Notes: generated by a model from the sequence alone, not told the origin. A stretch of DNA of 64,000 nucleotides from Carpediemonas membranifera BICM (GCA_019828565.1 JAHDYR010000067.1:1-64000); one strand, 5' to 3'; positions 21,736-33,696 are shown, counted from the stretch's first letter. Numbers and translations are program-made.

Positions 21736-21889
21736 TGCGCCCTCATTACTTCTCTTTCATGTGATTCTGTTGACCTCGCAACACCTTCAAATTATCGCTC
21801 GAGCAATGCCCCACAACGACCACCACTACAACTACCTTTACATTGACACTGGACAGCCAGGATTCATCATAAATTACTCGTTCACTCAT

Positions 21890-23733
21890 CTACACCGGCA
21901 CCACCGTGGTTTCATACGTCAGCTGGCAGTTCCTGACGAGCTCGAGGCCGTCCCGCACCGCCTTTGGGTTCCCGCGCCTCTTAGCCACCTCGGCGACCTC
22001 CTCGAAGGCCTGCTGGACGATTGCATGGACCCGCATGGCCCTGGTGTACTTGTCGAGCTGGGCGGGGTCCTCCCGACCCTCCTCTGAGATGCCGACCATC
22101 CTGGCGAGGATGGGAGTGAAGGTCTCGAGCACGCGTGCCATGGTGCTCAGCCCCATCTCGACGTAGACGGGGTCATCTGACCGGAATAGCGGCGTCAGGA
22201 GCGGTACGAGCTGGACAAGGTCCCGGACGCCGATGCTCATCTTCCTGAAGTCCACGTTTGTCAAGAACATAAACATGAGCCATGTGGTCTGGGCGGGGGT
22301 CGCCCGGATCTCCGAGAACATGCGATTGAACGCCATCATCTGGTAGCACTCCGACACTGCTGCCACCCTCTCCTTGGCCTGCTCCATCTGATCAAAACGC
22401 CCCTCCAGCTCGGCTATGGCCTTACTGATCGGGTCTGCCTCCTCCTGCTTGTCATCAGGGAGCGGGTTTGGGTCGAACGGCGGCCGGTCGTCCTCAGGGT
22501 CGGCCGGGGCGAAGGGCGAGTCCCGCGGGGGAGCTGGGGTGGGGGTCTGCTGCAGGTTGACCTTGGCCACGGGCACTGGCGCCGGGGGAGGGGGAGTCGG
22601 CTCGGGGGCGGACACTGGCTGGACCTGGGGCTGGGGCTGGGCCCTTGCTCTGGACTCAGGCATGGCCGTCGTTACCCGCAGCGGGGCCAACACGGGTTCG
22701 GGGACCTGGCGCCTGGGGGGCTCAGACCCTGGTGCCGGGAGACGCCAGAGGGAGATGCAGCCGCGGTCAGCATCCTTGCTGAGGACGAAGACGGCGTGCT
22801 GGCCCTCAGCCCCGCCTCGCCCCGCCACAGCCAGGACCTCTCCCAGGGACTCGGGCACGGTGGAGACCAGCGTGGCCTCTCTGACGCCGGCCGGGGGACG
22901 GGTCCAGGTCAGGACGGCGTGGGGAGACAGCCCGAGCACATACTGCCCGGCAGGCGCAGTGTAGTGCAGTTTAGGGAACTGGGAGTCCGACCTAGGTGTC
23001 TTTCCTGCGCTGCACCACTTCGCGGTTTCCCTCGAGTTGAGGTCCCAGAACCGGATGGTCCGGTCGCCCGAGGACACCGCGACAACACGCTCGGAAGGGT
23101 GCAGCCCGATGTCGTAGATTGGCGCCTGGTGTAGAATCTCGCGCTTCAACTTGAATGCCTCGTGGGCAACATCGCCGACGACGACGCGGCCGGCCTGGTC
23201 GCCGGACAGCAGCCACTTGTTCGGGGTGAAGAGGACGCTGGTGAGGGGCGACTCGTGGTTCTGGAGCTCGAACTTGAGGCGCGGGGAGGGGGATATGGCG
23301 TAGACGAGGACGGGGTGGTGCGACCGGCCTGGTGCCTCGCAACCGACCGCAAGCATCACTGAAACTTGGCCGAAATAGAACGCGACGCATGTTGCAGTGG
23401 CTACATTCTCAGTGAATCGTGTTACAGGCACAACAGCGTTCAAGTTGGTGCAATCGTAGACAAAAACTCGGCCTGAGTGGAAACCAACGGCAAGCATGTC
23501 AGTGGTGCCGTCATGCGTCTTGCCAATGGCAAGGCAAGTTACTGAATCCTCAGGATGCGGCAATTCGCATAAAACAGTGCCGAGTCCGATAGAAATGAAC
23601 TGGACATCGCCGTTTGAGCTGCCAGTGACAATGTACTCCGCTGTTGGAGCCATGGCACTGCAGGTAACACTACTAGCGTTGTAATGATCTACTGTATTAA
23701 CACAAATGGGGACCACATACGTATTACCTCCAT
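21890..23733 (-). CDS. KATNB1: Katanin p80 WD40 subunit B1-like (intron 23692-23720)
   Basis: N-terminal WD40 repeats (LHPSERVVAVSSGDRTIRFWDL), Pro-rich linker and con80-like C-terminus (LVPLLTPLFRS...YVEMGL..M..VLETF.PIL). A 29-nt GTATGT...TACAG intron gives the start MEVILDHY. Confidence 0.8.
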
Positions 23734-23828
23734 CGTTCTGTCTTTATCTCGGTGCACTTTTAGGGCCACACTCGCTCGGCACCGGGGGAGGCCGGCATGT
23801 GGTTGATGGGGTTAGCGCGTTTATTAGT

Positions 23829-25349
23829 TTAGTGAGAGTGCTCCTTGAGGAACTCAGCCACGGTCTTGCCAGCAAGGATGTGCTTGTTGAACTCCGCGAT
23901 GCGCACGTTGAGGGCATCAGCCATACCGAGCTCGCGCTGCCAGTAGTTGCGGTCGTACCACTGGGCGTTGAGCTCCTCGACGGTCTTGCCCTGCTGCTCC
24001 ACGAAGGTGAAGTACTTGAGGTTGTGGACGCGCTTGCGCTCGGCGTAGGTCATCTCGACGCAGCCCTCGGTGCGCATGTCCATGAGGCGGGCGTAGGTGG
24101 CGACGGCGTCGTCGCGGGTGAAGGGGCCCTTGGCCTTGGTGTACTCCTCGAGGCGGGACATGTACATGCGGCTCGAGTCGGTGGCGATGGTGAAGACGAC
24201 GTCGTTCTCGGTCAGCTCGTAGTACTTGGCCATCTTGATGGCGCCAAGGAGATTGCCGAAGCCAGAGATGCCGAGGAGCTCGATGTCCTCGTCGGTGAAC
24301 TCGACGCCCTTTAGAGCGGAGGTACTCGCGGCCGACGGGCTCCATGCACATGCGGAAGACGTCGACGGTGAGGTCGTCGTCGATCTGGGCGGCGAAGTCC
24401 ATGTTCTTGACGTTGTGGACCCAGGGGACGTGCTTGTCGCCGACACCCTCGATGCGGTGGCCGCCGAAGCCGTTCTCGGTGAGGACAGGGCACTGCTCGG
24501 GCTCGCCGACACCGACGAGAACGTGGGGGAAGACCTCGCGGAGGTGCTCAGAGGCGCCGATGGTGCCAGCAGAGCCGGACATCGAGAAGTAGCCGGCGAG
24601 CTCGTCGCCCTCGTGCTTGATGGAGTTGAAGACCTCCTCGACAGCGCGGCCGGTGCAGAACTTGTGCCAGGCGGGGTTGCCGAGCTGCTCGAACTGGTTG
24701 AAGTTCACAATGTTCTCGCCACGCTCGCCGCAGAGCTCCTTAGCCTTGTCGAAGATCTCCTTAACGTTGGACTCGCAGCCGGGAGTGCCGAAGACTTCAG
24801 CGCCGAGGCGACGGAGGTAGTCGAAGCGCTCCTGGGACATCTCCTCGGGGAGGAGAGCGACAGCCTTGCAGCCAAGAAGGCAGGAGTCGAAGGCACCGCC
24901 GCGGCAGTCTGGGTAAATGGGGGCGGGGTCTGTGACGTACAGTTGCCGGTAGAGGGCCACATGGCCTCCTGGACCTCGGGGTCGAAACGGCCAGTGGTGA
25001 GGTGGTCGACGAGGGCGCAGAAGGTAGCACCGACCTTGTGGGCGCCAGTGGGGAAGTACTTGCCAGCGAGGAGGACCATACGGGCCTTGGTGCCGGTGAG
25101 AGAGGAGGGGAGCTCGACAAAGTTGGGCACATCGCGGAAGCCGCCGGTCTTGCCGTCATTCTTCCAGGTGATGCGGAAAAGGTTAAGAGGGTTTGTCTCC
25201 TCGATGTCAACCTTCATGAGGGCCTCACGGACCTCCTGCGGGATCTTCGAGGGGTCCACCATCTGGTCAAGAGTGGGGAGGAGGATACCGCGCTTCTGGA
25301 AAAGCTTGATGTTGTTCTGGACAACCTTGTTATCGAGATCGAGAGACAT
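23829..25349 (-). CDS. Bacterial-type fold-type II PLP-dependent enzyme (TrpB/cysteine synthase/threonine dehydratase superfamily); intron 24909-24940, +1 frameshift near 24310
   Basis: NPLNLFRITWKN, GKYFPTGAHKVGA (PLP lysine), WPSTGN|YCRGGA restored by a 32-nt GTACGT...CCAG intron, LPEEMSQERF, GSAGTIG, HRIEGVGDKHVPW, RVHNLKYFTFVEQQG. Confidence 0.85.
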
Positions 25350-25537
25350 TTCACTAAATAAGCAGACGGATGGGGAACACACAGAAAAGCGCTGTCGAGT
25401 CGTCGCCAGTCAAAATTTTTCTGGGAAGATCTGTGACCGCAAAATCGCCATCAACGACTCAATCAGAAGTGCTCTTGATGGGCTGATCTCCAATAAAAGT
25501 CCATTCCTTTATGAATGAAAGTTTGCTGTGTCACTTC

Positions 25538-28500
25538 TCAGATGAACGCGTGCCAGCCACTGAACATCAACGCCAGCTCCTCAGGGTTACAGGCCCGCTG
25601 CACCATGACCGCCGCGTCCGTCTGCAGGGCCGCTGCGATGTCCCTCCGTACCCGCATCGCCGTGACTCTCTGCCCGCTCGCTCCGGCTAGGGCAAGCTTG
25701 GTCAGGGGCGCCCAAGCCAGAGCCGACGCTACCCCCAGCACCGCTCTCTTGGACATCCGGGCTGCGTGAGTGGCGGCCTCGAGGTCGGTCATGAATGGCC
25801 CGGCAAGGCCCAGCGGCCCCGTCGCTGCCAGCATGTTTGGTGTGAGCCGGCAGGTGACGGATTCCGGGATGGGGAGGTGGGCGGCTTGTCCAAACGCGTA
25901 CTCCATGTCAATATGCACCAGCCCGTGGTTAGAGATCATGATGTTTCCCAGATGACGGTCCCCCACACCGAACACGTGACACGCGACCGACCCGGCTGCG
26001 ATGGTCTGCCGCATGGTCTTGATACGAGACCGGAATACATCTGCGGTCCGACACGTCCCACGCAGGACAAGGTCGAGCACGGGCGGCATTGTCCGCATGA
26101 CGTCCGTCAGACGCTGGCCCATCGCGCCCTTGTCGAGGGTCCGTTTCTTGTTGCGCTGTTCAGCGTTGAGAGCCTCGAGGGCCTTCTTGGCCTCCCTCAG
26201 CTTGCTCTTTCCCCTCGGAATAAACGTGTCGACACCCGCCCCATCACTAATGATGATCTCATGCAGAGTAGCCGCGCCCTCGACGAACTCAAGCAGTCCA
26301 GCCGTCGGTGATAGTGGCACGACGGTATGTGTTGGGATCCAGAGACCTTCTTTGGCCATTCGCAGGTTAAGGGTTTCCCACAAGGTCATGATGATGGCAG
26401 ACTGCCGGAGGTCGTCTCCCCGACCCTTGACAACCACGCGGACCCTGCTGCCGTCAGTAAGATTGACAGTCACTTGTAGGGGTGCGTTAAGGCCACCGAG
26501 CTGTGTGCACTCGGTCGACAGACGCGTCATCGTGTATGCAGGGTTAGTCGGGAGACCGAGGCCGAGTGTCACGGCCTTTGTCCGGGATGTGAGAGCCCTG
26601 AAGCCCTGGAGGTCCGCGAGAGAATCCCGGGTCGTGTTCGAGAGAGACACTACCTGGTTGACGAAACGGACACACTGGCCGTACAGCTCCGAGAACCGCG
26701 GGCACTGACTGGACGCATCCTGTACAATGGCCCTGGCTGCACCGACCACCGCCTGGTCAACGCGGACATGACGGGATTGGTCAGCGGGGACGTTGGCTCC
26801 GTCAACGAGACAGTGCAGCGGATACACCAGGTGTGCTGGCCTCTCGTTACATAAGCGGACAAGTAACTGGTGTAAACGCCGTCCGACAGTGTCCGAGTGG
26901 GCACGGGGTAGGGCGACGGCTGCGAGAGGGACCAGGAGGTCCGCGGGGATGGTGGCTCCATGGGTCTCGAGGGCGGCGGCGATGGCATTGGCGACCCCGC
27001 CCGGCAGCTCGGTCAAGTCTGTCAGCGCACGTCCGATAAAGACTGTGGCGGACTCCGCAGCAAGGGTACGGTCCGTGGAGAGCGCGGCCAGCTGGGCGTG
27101 TGAGCCCATGGAGGCGGTGATCGACTCCACCAGGTCTGTCGTCGCGGTGTCTATCGTCTGTCGGATACGGGCCAGGTTCGACTCGGCCAGGTTCGAGTCG
27201 ACCAGCACGGCGAGCCTGATGTTCTTTGGGACCGACTTCAACTCACCGTGATGCGTCATCGCCCGCTGCTTCTCCATCAATAACCGCTCCTCCGCCTCCA
27301 TCGTGCGCCGCTCAGTTGACCGGAAAAACGACTCTCCCTCGTCCGCTCTAGAGTCGTGCAGTTTAAGGAGCTCAGTGAGGACGACGAGAGTCGTGTCTGG
27401 GTCAGCCAGCGTGCCCACGAGCTTGGAAGCCTGGGCGGCGACACCCACTGCCTCGCTGCTCTCTGCGTCATTGAGTAGTACGGCTAGTCTGGCGAGGAGG
27501 ACGGCCATGGTGTCCGGGAGTGCCGCCTGGTCGAGCGCCTGGATGCCCGCAAGGTCTGCCCGCACAGCGTCCAGCCCGTCAAGGAGTGGGATCCTGCTGG
27601 CGGCCAGCTTGCATCGGGCAGTCAGCTTGTCGGCGTCCGATGCCACAGCCTCGGAGACCATACGAAGGGTCCTACTGGCCGTAGCCAGAGCCTGCCCCGG
27701 TCTCCCAGCCTTCAGACAGGCCGCGACGAGGCCTTGGACGTGCCCGATGTGGGTGGTCAATGGGGCAGTTCCAGCCTTGGCAGCAGGGTAGGTCAGCGCG
27801 GCCCGCGTGTTGTGGGCGGCGACACTACATCCAGGCCACGTAGCTTGGGCCTGGGCGATAGGCAGGGACAGGACAGTCATGACAGGGCCAACCCCGTCGG
27901 TCAGGAGGGTGGTCAGGGGCGGCACCGCCTGGGCGATCAAATCCCATCCTCGGGCCTTGTTAGCGGGCTCGCCACTGCCGAGCAGGGCTGCGACACATCC
28001 CAGGCCATCGTCGGGAGTCCAACCCTGGGCAGCGACGAAGCCGAGGGCAATACTGCACTCAGCAGCCTCCTCACTGGTGTCGAACTGCTGCAGGACGGTC
28101 ATCCACTTGCGGCGGGCGGCGAGCTGTGTGGTTTGCAGGACGGGGGCTGGGGAGAGGGTGAGGTGGGCAACGTGCGAGGGGCCTATGGTGGCCAGGCTGG
28201 GGCATAGGGCGTCATGGCACGAGGGCTGGGCAATGCTGCTGGGCGATAGGCTGTTGAAGTCGCGGTACATGTATGGCGCCAGGACTGTCAGGGCGAAGGA
28301 TGCGAGGCCCACTGCTCCAGCCCGGGTCAGCGCCGTCATGGCATCAACACCTAGCGGCGGGATAATGGCAAACCTCGAGGCTTTCTGCTCCGCCACCATG
28401 TTGGCGTGCACGTGCTGGACCGATAAATCCGCGACATAAACTGCGGATAATCCATGCCGGACCTCCTCCGTCGAGCCCTCTGACAGGAGACGGGCGAGGG

Positions 28501-31500
28501 CCCTGGAAACTGCCGGGACAGCCCCGGATAGCATGGTGTAGGGGTCGACGACCCGACCGGTCTCGAGGGCATGGGCAAGGGTGACAACGTAGGGGGCGGC
28601 GACAGCATCGGGGACCACCGCTCCGAGCACATCTACCGCCCAGACACCGCCGGCCGTCACTACATCCCGCAGGAGGCCTGGGTGTGCGGCCGGGGCGGGC
28701 ACGGCCAATGGTATGTCCGCAGCGGCCCATCGGACCTTGGGCAGGGGTCCGTCGAGGATCTTGGTCAGAGACTTTCCCGATCTGGAGCACAAGGCAGCAA
28801 GGGCAGCGGGGGCGTGCACCAGGCCGGCGATTGCCCAGAGCATGACCCTGTCCCTGGGTCTGCAGATGTCCAGGTCCTCCACTGTGACGTCGAGCGAGTG
28901 CAGCAGACCGTGGGCGATGTCCTCGGACTGGTCAACCGCTGTGTGCAGGTCAGTGGCGCTGCCTACCCGTGCCAGGACGTCGGCCACTGAGACAAAGGTC
29001 TGGGTCAGACCCTGGAACATGACATCGTGGGGGTGGTCCGACAGAGCTTGGAGAAGGCCCCGCGTGTCGGCGTCGTCGGGCAGGCGGGCAACCATCGGCA
29101 GCAGAAGGGGGGCTGCCGCGGAATGGAGCTCAGGTCGGGCCGTGATAAACCGGACCAGGGCGCCCCGCACGTTAGGGCAGGCGATGAGTGTGTCCAGGGT
29201 GACTGGGCTGAGCAGGCCGAGGGAATCACCCGCCAGCACCCGTTCGATGTTCGCCCCCAGCGGACCCGCGAGGACTCTGGCCACCCAGGGCCCTGTCCCG
29301 GCGGTCACGGCCTCGGCTATGAGTAGTGTCAGTCGCTGGCCGGCAGGCTGGCAGGCGGTGTCGCTGGCGTTTGATACGAGCACCAGGGCCTGCTCGGCCG
29401 GTTCCCAGGGGCCGTGTCGTGTGAGATACGTGAGTGCCATGGACGCGCAGGCCACCGAGGCCGCGATAGAGGCGGCGTCAGACCCGCATGAGCCCACAGA
29501 CGCCATGGCTGCATTCAGGGCAGCTCTGGCGACGTCTCTCATCTTGTGGGATGCGTATGGGAATAGGACAGACACAACGGTGAGCTCGCCCCCACTAGGG
29601 ACCGTCGGTATGGCGTGGGTCAGCGGCACGAACCCACAGAGGTCGGTCTCACCCAACGGGGCGGCGCATGCGGTGGTCTCAATTGCCGTGAGGGCCCGTA
29701 CGACCTCCCAGGGGATGGGCCCTTCGAGCCCAGTCACGGCGCGGCGGGCGGCCTCCACGGGCGCGGGGACCGACGCAGAGCCGAATAGAGCGGCTACGAT
29801 AGGGGGCACGAGGCCGACATCCACGGCGAGGTCGAGGAGGCCGCTATGCTGAGAGCACTCCCACCCCAATGCAAGGGGCGTCACGGGATGCAGAGCAGCC
29901 AGACCGCGGGCCAGGACAGCCTGGGCCTCTGAGTCGGCGAAGTCCCTGAACCTGGATAGCCCACACAGTAGGACATGGGCAGCAGGCAGTGCGAGGGCGG
30001 GGGCGGCGCTCAGGGCGGCGGTGGCCATGGCGACAGGGGCCAGGATGCCCCGCATGGAGACCCTACCCTTGGTGATGGAGTCCGCGAGACGTGGCAGGAT
30101 CCGGAGAATCTCGATGGCGTCGTCGGGGGGGAGGTGGGACAGGGTTCGCGTGACCAGTCGGGCCGCAGCGTCTGACACTACGCGGGCTGGGCAGATCAGG
30201 GCCTTCCGGATGAGCGATATAGCCTTCTTGCCGTTCGAAGGTGCGATTCGAAGCACGGCGTCGTCCAGCAGCGATGACACCAGGCCGGGCGCCAGTACGA
30301 CAGGGAAGTCCGCGGTTGGCGAGAAGGCCAGGGCCGAGAGCACGGAGTTGGCTGCGACGGGGTGCAGGGACTCGGGCCGCGGACAGACCACGATGCGGTC
30401 GACGAGTGCGGTCTGGAGACCATGGTCATAGCGCCACACCGCATCGCACAGCCCCACAACAGCCTCTTCGAACACGGCGAAGCTCGCGGCAACGGTATCA
30501 AGGGCCGGAGTTGAGTCAAGATTGGTCAAAGTTAGGTCTGTCCTTGGGGCCCCAAAGACGGCGGCCTGCAGTCTGGCCGCTGAGAGTGGGCTGAGGGAGG
30601 CCAGGGCTGAGGGACGCACCCTCGTCCTCAAGGTTGACAGGTCCACTGTGCACAACCGGTCGACCACCATTGTCACCGCATGGTGGTCATGCTCGCTCAC
30701 GACCCGGTCGACGATGGCTGCCAGGCAGTCGGTACTCGCCCGAACCAGGTCAGCTGTCTTCATGGGAGCCGAGGCCTCCTCAGCGATGCGGCGGAGCTGT
30801 GCTGCGACCCCGACCATCGTGACCAGAGAGGAAGCGCCTCTTGCCCAACCCCTGCTGGTCAGCCCGTCGGGGGTGAGAGCCTCGGCGACGGCACTGACAA
30901 CATCCTGCTGCAGGCTTGTGTCGACGGTCGGCAGCACACCACTGGGGGTGATGCCGCAGAGACAACCCAAGGCCGCGGCCACGGACTGCGCGTCGTCGTC
31001 GGGGATGTTGGCCACAAGGACGGGTAAGGTGTGTCTGAGGGCCGACATGGGCATCGTGTGGGGGTGACTGGGCGCCAGTCGGGCCAGCAGTAGCACAGCC
31101 CGGGCGGCAGCGGGTGCCGAGGGTGACCTGGTGAGATCCAGAGCGGCCTGCGTCCACGGGGGCAGCGGATGAGGGCTGAGGCTGAACGGAGATGCGGGAA
31201 CCACCGTAGCCAGGGCGTCGAGCACCGCACAGGCACGGTCGACCGGGGTCACAGGCCCGAGCAGGCCGAGGAGGGTGCCTATCGCGGGCTCCACGGCAGT
31301 GCCGAGCTCGGGCAGCACCGCGCACACTGCTGTCACCGCATGGGCATGCTCTGCCGCCTGTCGCCCGAACACCGCAGTGAGGCCGGCCACGAGGGCGTCC
31401 AGGGCCACGGGGGCGGGGGTCCAGCCCAGCACTGCAAGTGTAGCCAGCACGGGGGCTCGGGCGATGAGCCTCCTGGCGTCAGTGATGCTGTGCGCCGTGG

Positions 31501-32434
31501 GTATTATGGCCTGGTCGGCAATGCGGCCCATGATGGCATCAGGACTGGTGGCGCGGGCCCTCTTCCCCTGAACGGGGCTGTCGGGCTTACCCCCGGCTGC
31601 CTGGGCGATGAAGCGGACAGCGCTGCATAGGGCTTGGCTGTCGACCGTGGCTGTGACCTCGCCGTCGATGACCCGGTCGATGATGGCGCCGACCACGGCC
31701 CAGTCGACGGACGCCGGGTCGGACGTTGCCAGTAGGACCGAGAGCGCGGGTATGTCGAGGGACGCAGCTATGGTTGGTATGTTGGCCTGCAGCGCTGCAT
31801 TACAGGGTCCTACGAGGCCGTTGTCGCTGTGGAGCCGCATGGCCAGGCGGACTGCGGGGGGTCCGGCGGGCATGGCCTCGAGGACAGCGTCCCACTGCCC
31901 GATGAATGCTATTGGGAGGGCTAGGATCTCCATGAGCAGGTTTTGGTGGACGGGGGTCGCGTGTTGGCTGACAGCTGCAAACAGCCGCAGCAGCAGGCTC
32001 ACCGGGGGGATACACTCGTGTATTATTGCAGAGATCACAGGGAGCACGTGATGGTGCTCTACAAGGGGCATCAAAGCACCAAGCACGACCTCGTACTCGG
32101 TGGGATCGAGGAGGCGGGGCTGGACGGGGGAAAGAATGTCGCCGATGATGGGAACAAGGCGCTCGTGCGTGTTGCCAGTAATTGATCGAATGAAGTCAAG
32201 GTATGCGTCTCGTATCTCCGTATTTGGGGTAGTTTTGGTCGGATATAGCTGAATATCACGGTATCCCTCGACAAAGGCCTCTGCAACAATCCCCTTTGAG
32301 AGAAACTCCCGTAACTGGTCAATTTTCTTCACTTGGAATATCTTTGGATCCGCTAGCAGTGAAATTAGCTCATACGTCATCCGGCGTGCGAAACTTATAA
32401 TGCGGGGAGAAAGTATGCGGCCGGCCGAGGCCAT
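25538..32434 (-). CDS. ATM: PIKK-family kinase, ATM/Tel1-like; start uncertain
   Basis: C-terminal kinase domain: LGGLNAP, VVVKGRGDDLRQ, VVPLSPTAGLLEFV, GVGDRHLGNIM, HID, LPIPESVTCRLT. FATC reads ACNPEELALMFSGWHAFI. Long helical N-terminus. Confidence 0.75.
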   Translation of the reverse strand: MASAGRILSPRIISFARRMTYELISLLADPKIFQVKKIDQLREFLSKGIVAEAFVEGYRDIQLYPTKTTPNTEIRDAYLDFIRSITGNTHERLVPIIGDILSPVQPRLLDPTEYEVVLGALMPLVEHHHVLPVISAIIHECIPPVSLLLRLFAAVSQHATPVHQNLLMEILALPIAFIGQWDAVLEAMPAGPPAVRLAMRLHSDNGLVGPCNAALQANIPTIAASLDIPALSVLLATSDPASVDWAVVGAIIDRVIDGEVTATVDSQALCSAVRFIAQAAGGKPDSPVQGKRARATSPDAIMGRIADQAIIPTAHSITDARRLIARAPVLATLAVLGWTPAPVALDALVAGLTAVFGRQAAEHAHAVTAVCAVLPELGTAVEPAIGTLLGLLGPVTPVDRACAVLDALATVVPASPFSLSPHPLPPWTQAALDLTRSPSAPAAARAVLLLARLAPSHPHTMPMSALRHTLPVLVANIPDDDAQSVAAALGCLCGITPSGVLPTVDTSLQQDVVSAVAEALTPDGLTSRGWARGASSLVTMVGVAAQLRRIAEEASAPMKTADLVRASTDCLAAIVDRVVSEHDHHAVTMVVDRLCTVDLSTLRTRVRPSALASLSPLSAARLQAAVFGAPRTDLTLTNLDSTPALDTVAASFAVFEEAVVGLCDAVWRYDHGLQTALVDRIVVCPRPESLHPVAANSVLSALAFSPTADFPVVLAPGLVSSLLDDAVLRIAPSNGKKAISLIRKALICPARVVSDAAARLVTRTLSHLPPDDAIEILRILPRLADSITKGRVSMRGILAPVAMATAALSAAPALALPAAHVLLCGLSRFRDFADSEAQAVLARGLAALHPVTPLALGWECSQHSGLLDLAVDVGLVPPIVAALFGSASVPAPVEAARRAVTGLEGPIPWEVVRALTAIETTACAAPLGETDLCGFVPLTHAIPTVPSGGELTVVSVLFPYASHKMRDVARAALNAAMASVGSCGSDAASIAASVACASMALTYLTRHGPWEPAEQALVLVSNASDTACQPAGQRLTLLIAEAVTAGTGPWVARVLAGPLGANIERVLAGDSLGLLSPVTLDTLIACPNVRGALVRFITARPELHSAAAPLLLPMVARLPDDADTRGLLQALSDHPHDVMFQGLTQTFVSVADVLARVGSATDLHTAVDQSEDIAHGLLHSLDVTVEDLDICRPRDRVMLWAIAGLVHAPAALAALCSRSGKSLTKILDGPLPKVRWAAADIPLAVPAPAAHPGLLRDVVTAGGVWAVDVLGAVVPDAVAAPYVVTLAHALETGRVVDPYTMLSGAVPAVSRALARLLSEGSTEEVRHGLSAVYVADLSVQHVHANMVAEQKASRFAIIPPLGVDAMTALTRAGAVGLASFALTVLAPYMYRDFNSLSPSSIAQPSCHDALCPSLATIGPSHVAHLTLSPAPVLQTTQLAARRKWMTVLQQFDTSEEAAECSIALGFVAAQGWTPDDGLGCVAALLGSGEPANKARGWDLIAQAVPPLTTLLTDGVGPVMTVLSLPIAQAQATWPGCSVAAHNTRAALTYPAAKAGTAPLTTHIGHVQGLVAACLKAGRPGQALATASRTLRMVSEAVASDADKLTARCKLAASRIPLLDGLDAVRADLAGIQALDQAALPDTMAVLLARLAVLLNDAESSEAVGVAAQASKLVGTLADPDTTLVVLTELLKLHDSRADEGESFFRSTERRTMEAEERLLMEKQRAMTHHGELKSVPKNIRLAVLVDSNLAESNLARIRQTIDTATTDLVESITASMGSHAQLAALSTDRTLAAESATVFIGRALTDLTELPGGVANAIAAALETHGATIPADLLVPLAAVALPRAHSDTVGRRLHQLLVRLCNERPAHLVYPLHCLVDGANVPADQSRHVRVDQAVVGAARAIVQDASSQCPRFSELYGQCVRFVNQVVSLSNTTRDSLADLQGFRALTSRTKAVTLGLGLPTNPAYTMTRLSTECTQLGGLNAPLQVTVNLTDGSRVRVVVKGRGDDLRQSAIIMTLWETLNLRMAKEGLWIPTHTVVPLSPTAGLLEFVEGAATLHEIIISDGAGVDTFIPRGKSKLREAKKALEALNAEQRNKKRTLDKGAMGQRLTDVMRTMPPVLDLVLRGTCRTADVFRSRIKTMRQTIAAGSVACHVFGVGDRHLGNIMISNHGLVHIDMEYAFGQAAHLPIPESVTCRLTPNMLAATGPLGLAGPFMTDLEAATHAARMSKRAVLGVASALAWAPLTKLALAGASGQRVTAMRVRRDIAAALQTDAAVMVQRACNPEELALMFSGWHAFI

Positions 32435-32603
32435 TGCGGTCTTGTAGATCACATACCATAGGCGCACGCATACCTACCAGTAGCAGTACATCCTCTCACT
32501 CGCTACGTGGCGCCGTCTGACAAGACTTGTGAGTTCGCGAGCACCGTTTATTCCGTATGCACCGACCGAGCGATGATAGAGTCACTTCACTGGTCCGTCT
32601 GCA

Positions 32604-33483
32604 TCACTTGAGGAGGCACGGTGGGTCTGCGCCCAACTCTGATGCTTTCATTTCCTGTAGTGTCGGTCTGATGTCGGCCATGCCATTCACAGTCTCAAGA
32701 ATTCCCTGGACCCGGCGGAGCTCAACATCTTCTACCGCACCCACCCAGGTGACGATGCCTAGGGCGTTCGGGGTATGGAGCTTGTAGCTAATGGGTGAGT
32801 TGTCGAGGATGAGGGTTTCTCCGAGAGGCCGTCCTAAGACGTCCAGATCCTTGACGTAGTCCCCGTCGACGATGCGGCAGGAGTCGCGGTAGAGTCTGGC
32901 GGACACGGTCTGTGTGAGATCGAGCATGTCGATCACGGGAGAGGCGTACGAGGGCATCGAGGCCGTGAATACGACCACTTCGAAGTGCTTGCCGGCATAC
33001 TCGAGGAAGGCGTCCACACCGGGGCGCTTCTTGACTGTGTGAGGGCGTGGGGTAGTACTGACCGTAGAAGTGGTGGAGCTCGCCGGCCACAGAGACGGGC
33101 ACGATGAAGTCGGGGCAGTCCATGGGCTTCAGCGTCGAGTGGACGAGCGTCTCATCCAGGTCGAGCACGAGGCACTTCTTGTTGGTGAACTGCGTTGGTC
33201 TTGGCCCTAGGAGGGCGTTAGCCGAGGGTGTTAGCTCAAGGATACTCGAAGCCTGGGGTTTGAAGCAAACTCTAAAGCCGTGGGAGAAGATCTTCATAAC
33301 GCGGCTAAAGACGTTCGCACTTTCCGCGTCGTTGGGGTCCGAGGACTGTGCTGATCCGTCGGTTGTTGGAACAACGGCCTTGGGCGTGTGAGAAACTGGA
33401 GATGAAGTGGTTTCATCTGCATCAATATCTAGCCGAACTTGTGTTACCAAATGACTAATATCGTCCAGGACTGAGCTAGTCAT
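32604..33483 (-). CDS. CTD small phosphatase (FCP1/SCP, NIF domain); intron 33035-33062
   Basis: CLVLDLDETLVHS, FYV|KKRPGVD restored by a 28-nt intron, VVFTAS..YA.PVID.LD, YVKDL..LGR, ILDNSP. Confidence 0.9.
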
Positions 33484-33696
33484 CACACCTCTCCAAGCGA
33501 ACAAAACTGCACGCAGTTTTCGCAGGAATTTTTGCTTGACACGCATCAGAACAACAGAACTGGTAGGAACCCAGCATTTCGAGATGGTGGACGTCTACTC
33601 AACCACGGCATAAGACAGCTCCCAATTTCTTTATTCATCAGTTCAGCTTCGATCCTTTGTCGATACCAAGAGCATCGGCAAAAATCGACTCGCTAT

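Noticed and set aside
24300-24320. Programmed frameshifting in the PLP gene (and in Arb2/FAM172A near 57720)
   Set aside because: Single-base shifts in short A runs, with no common slippery heptamer or stimulator seen; assembly error is simpler.
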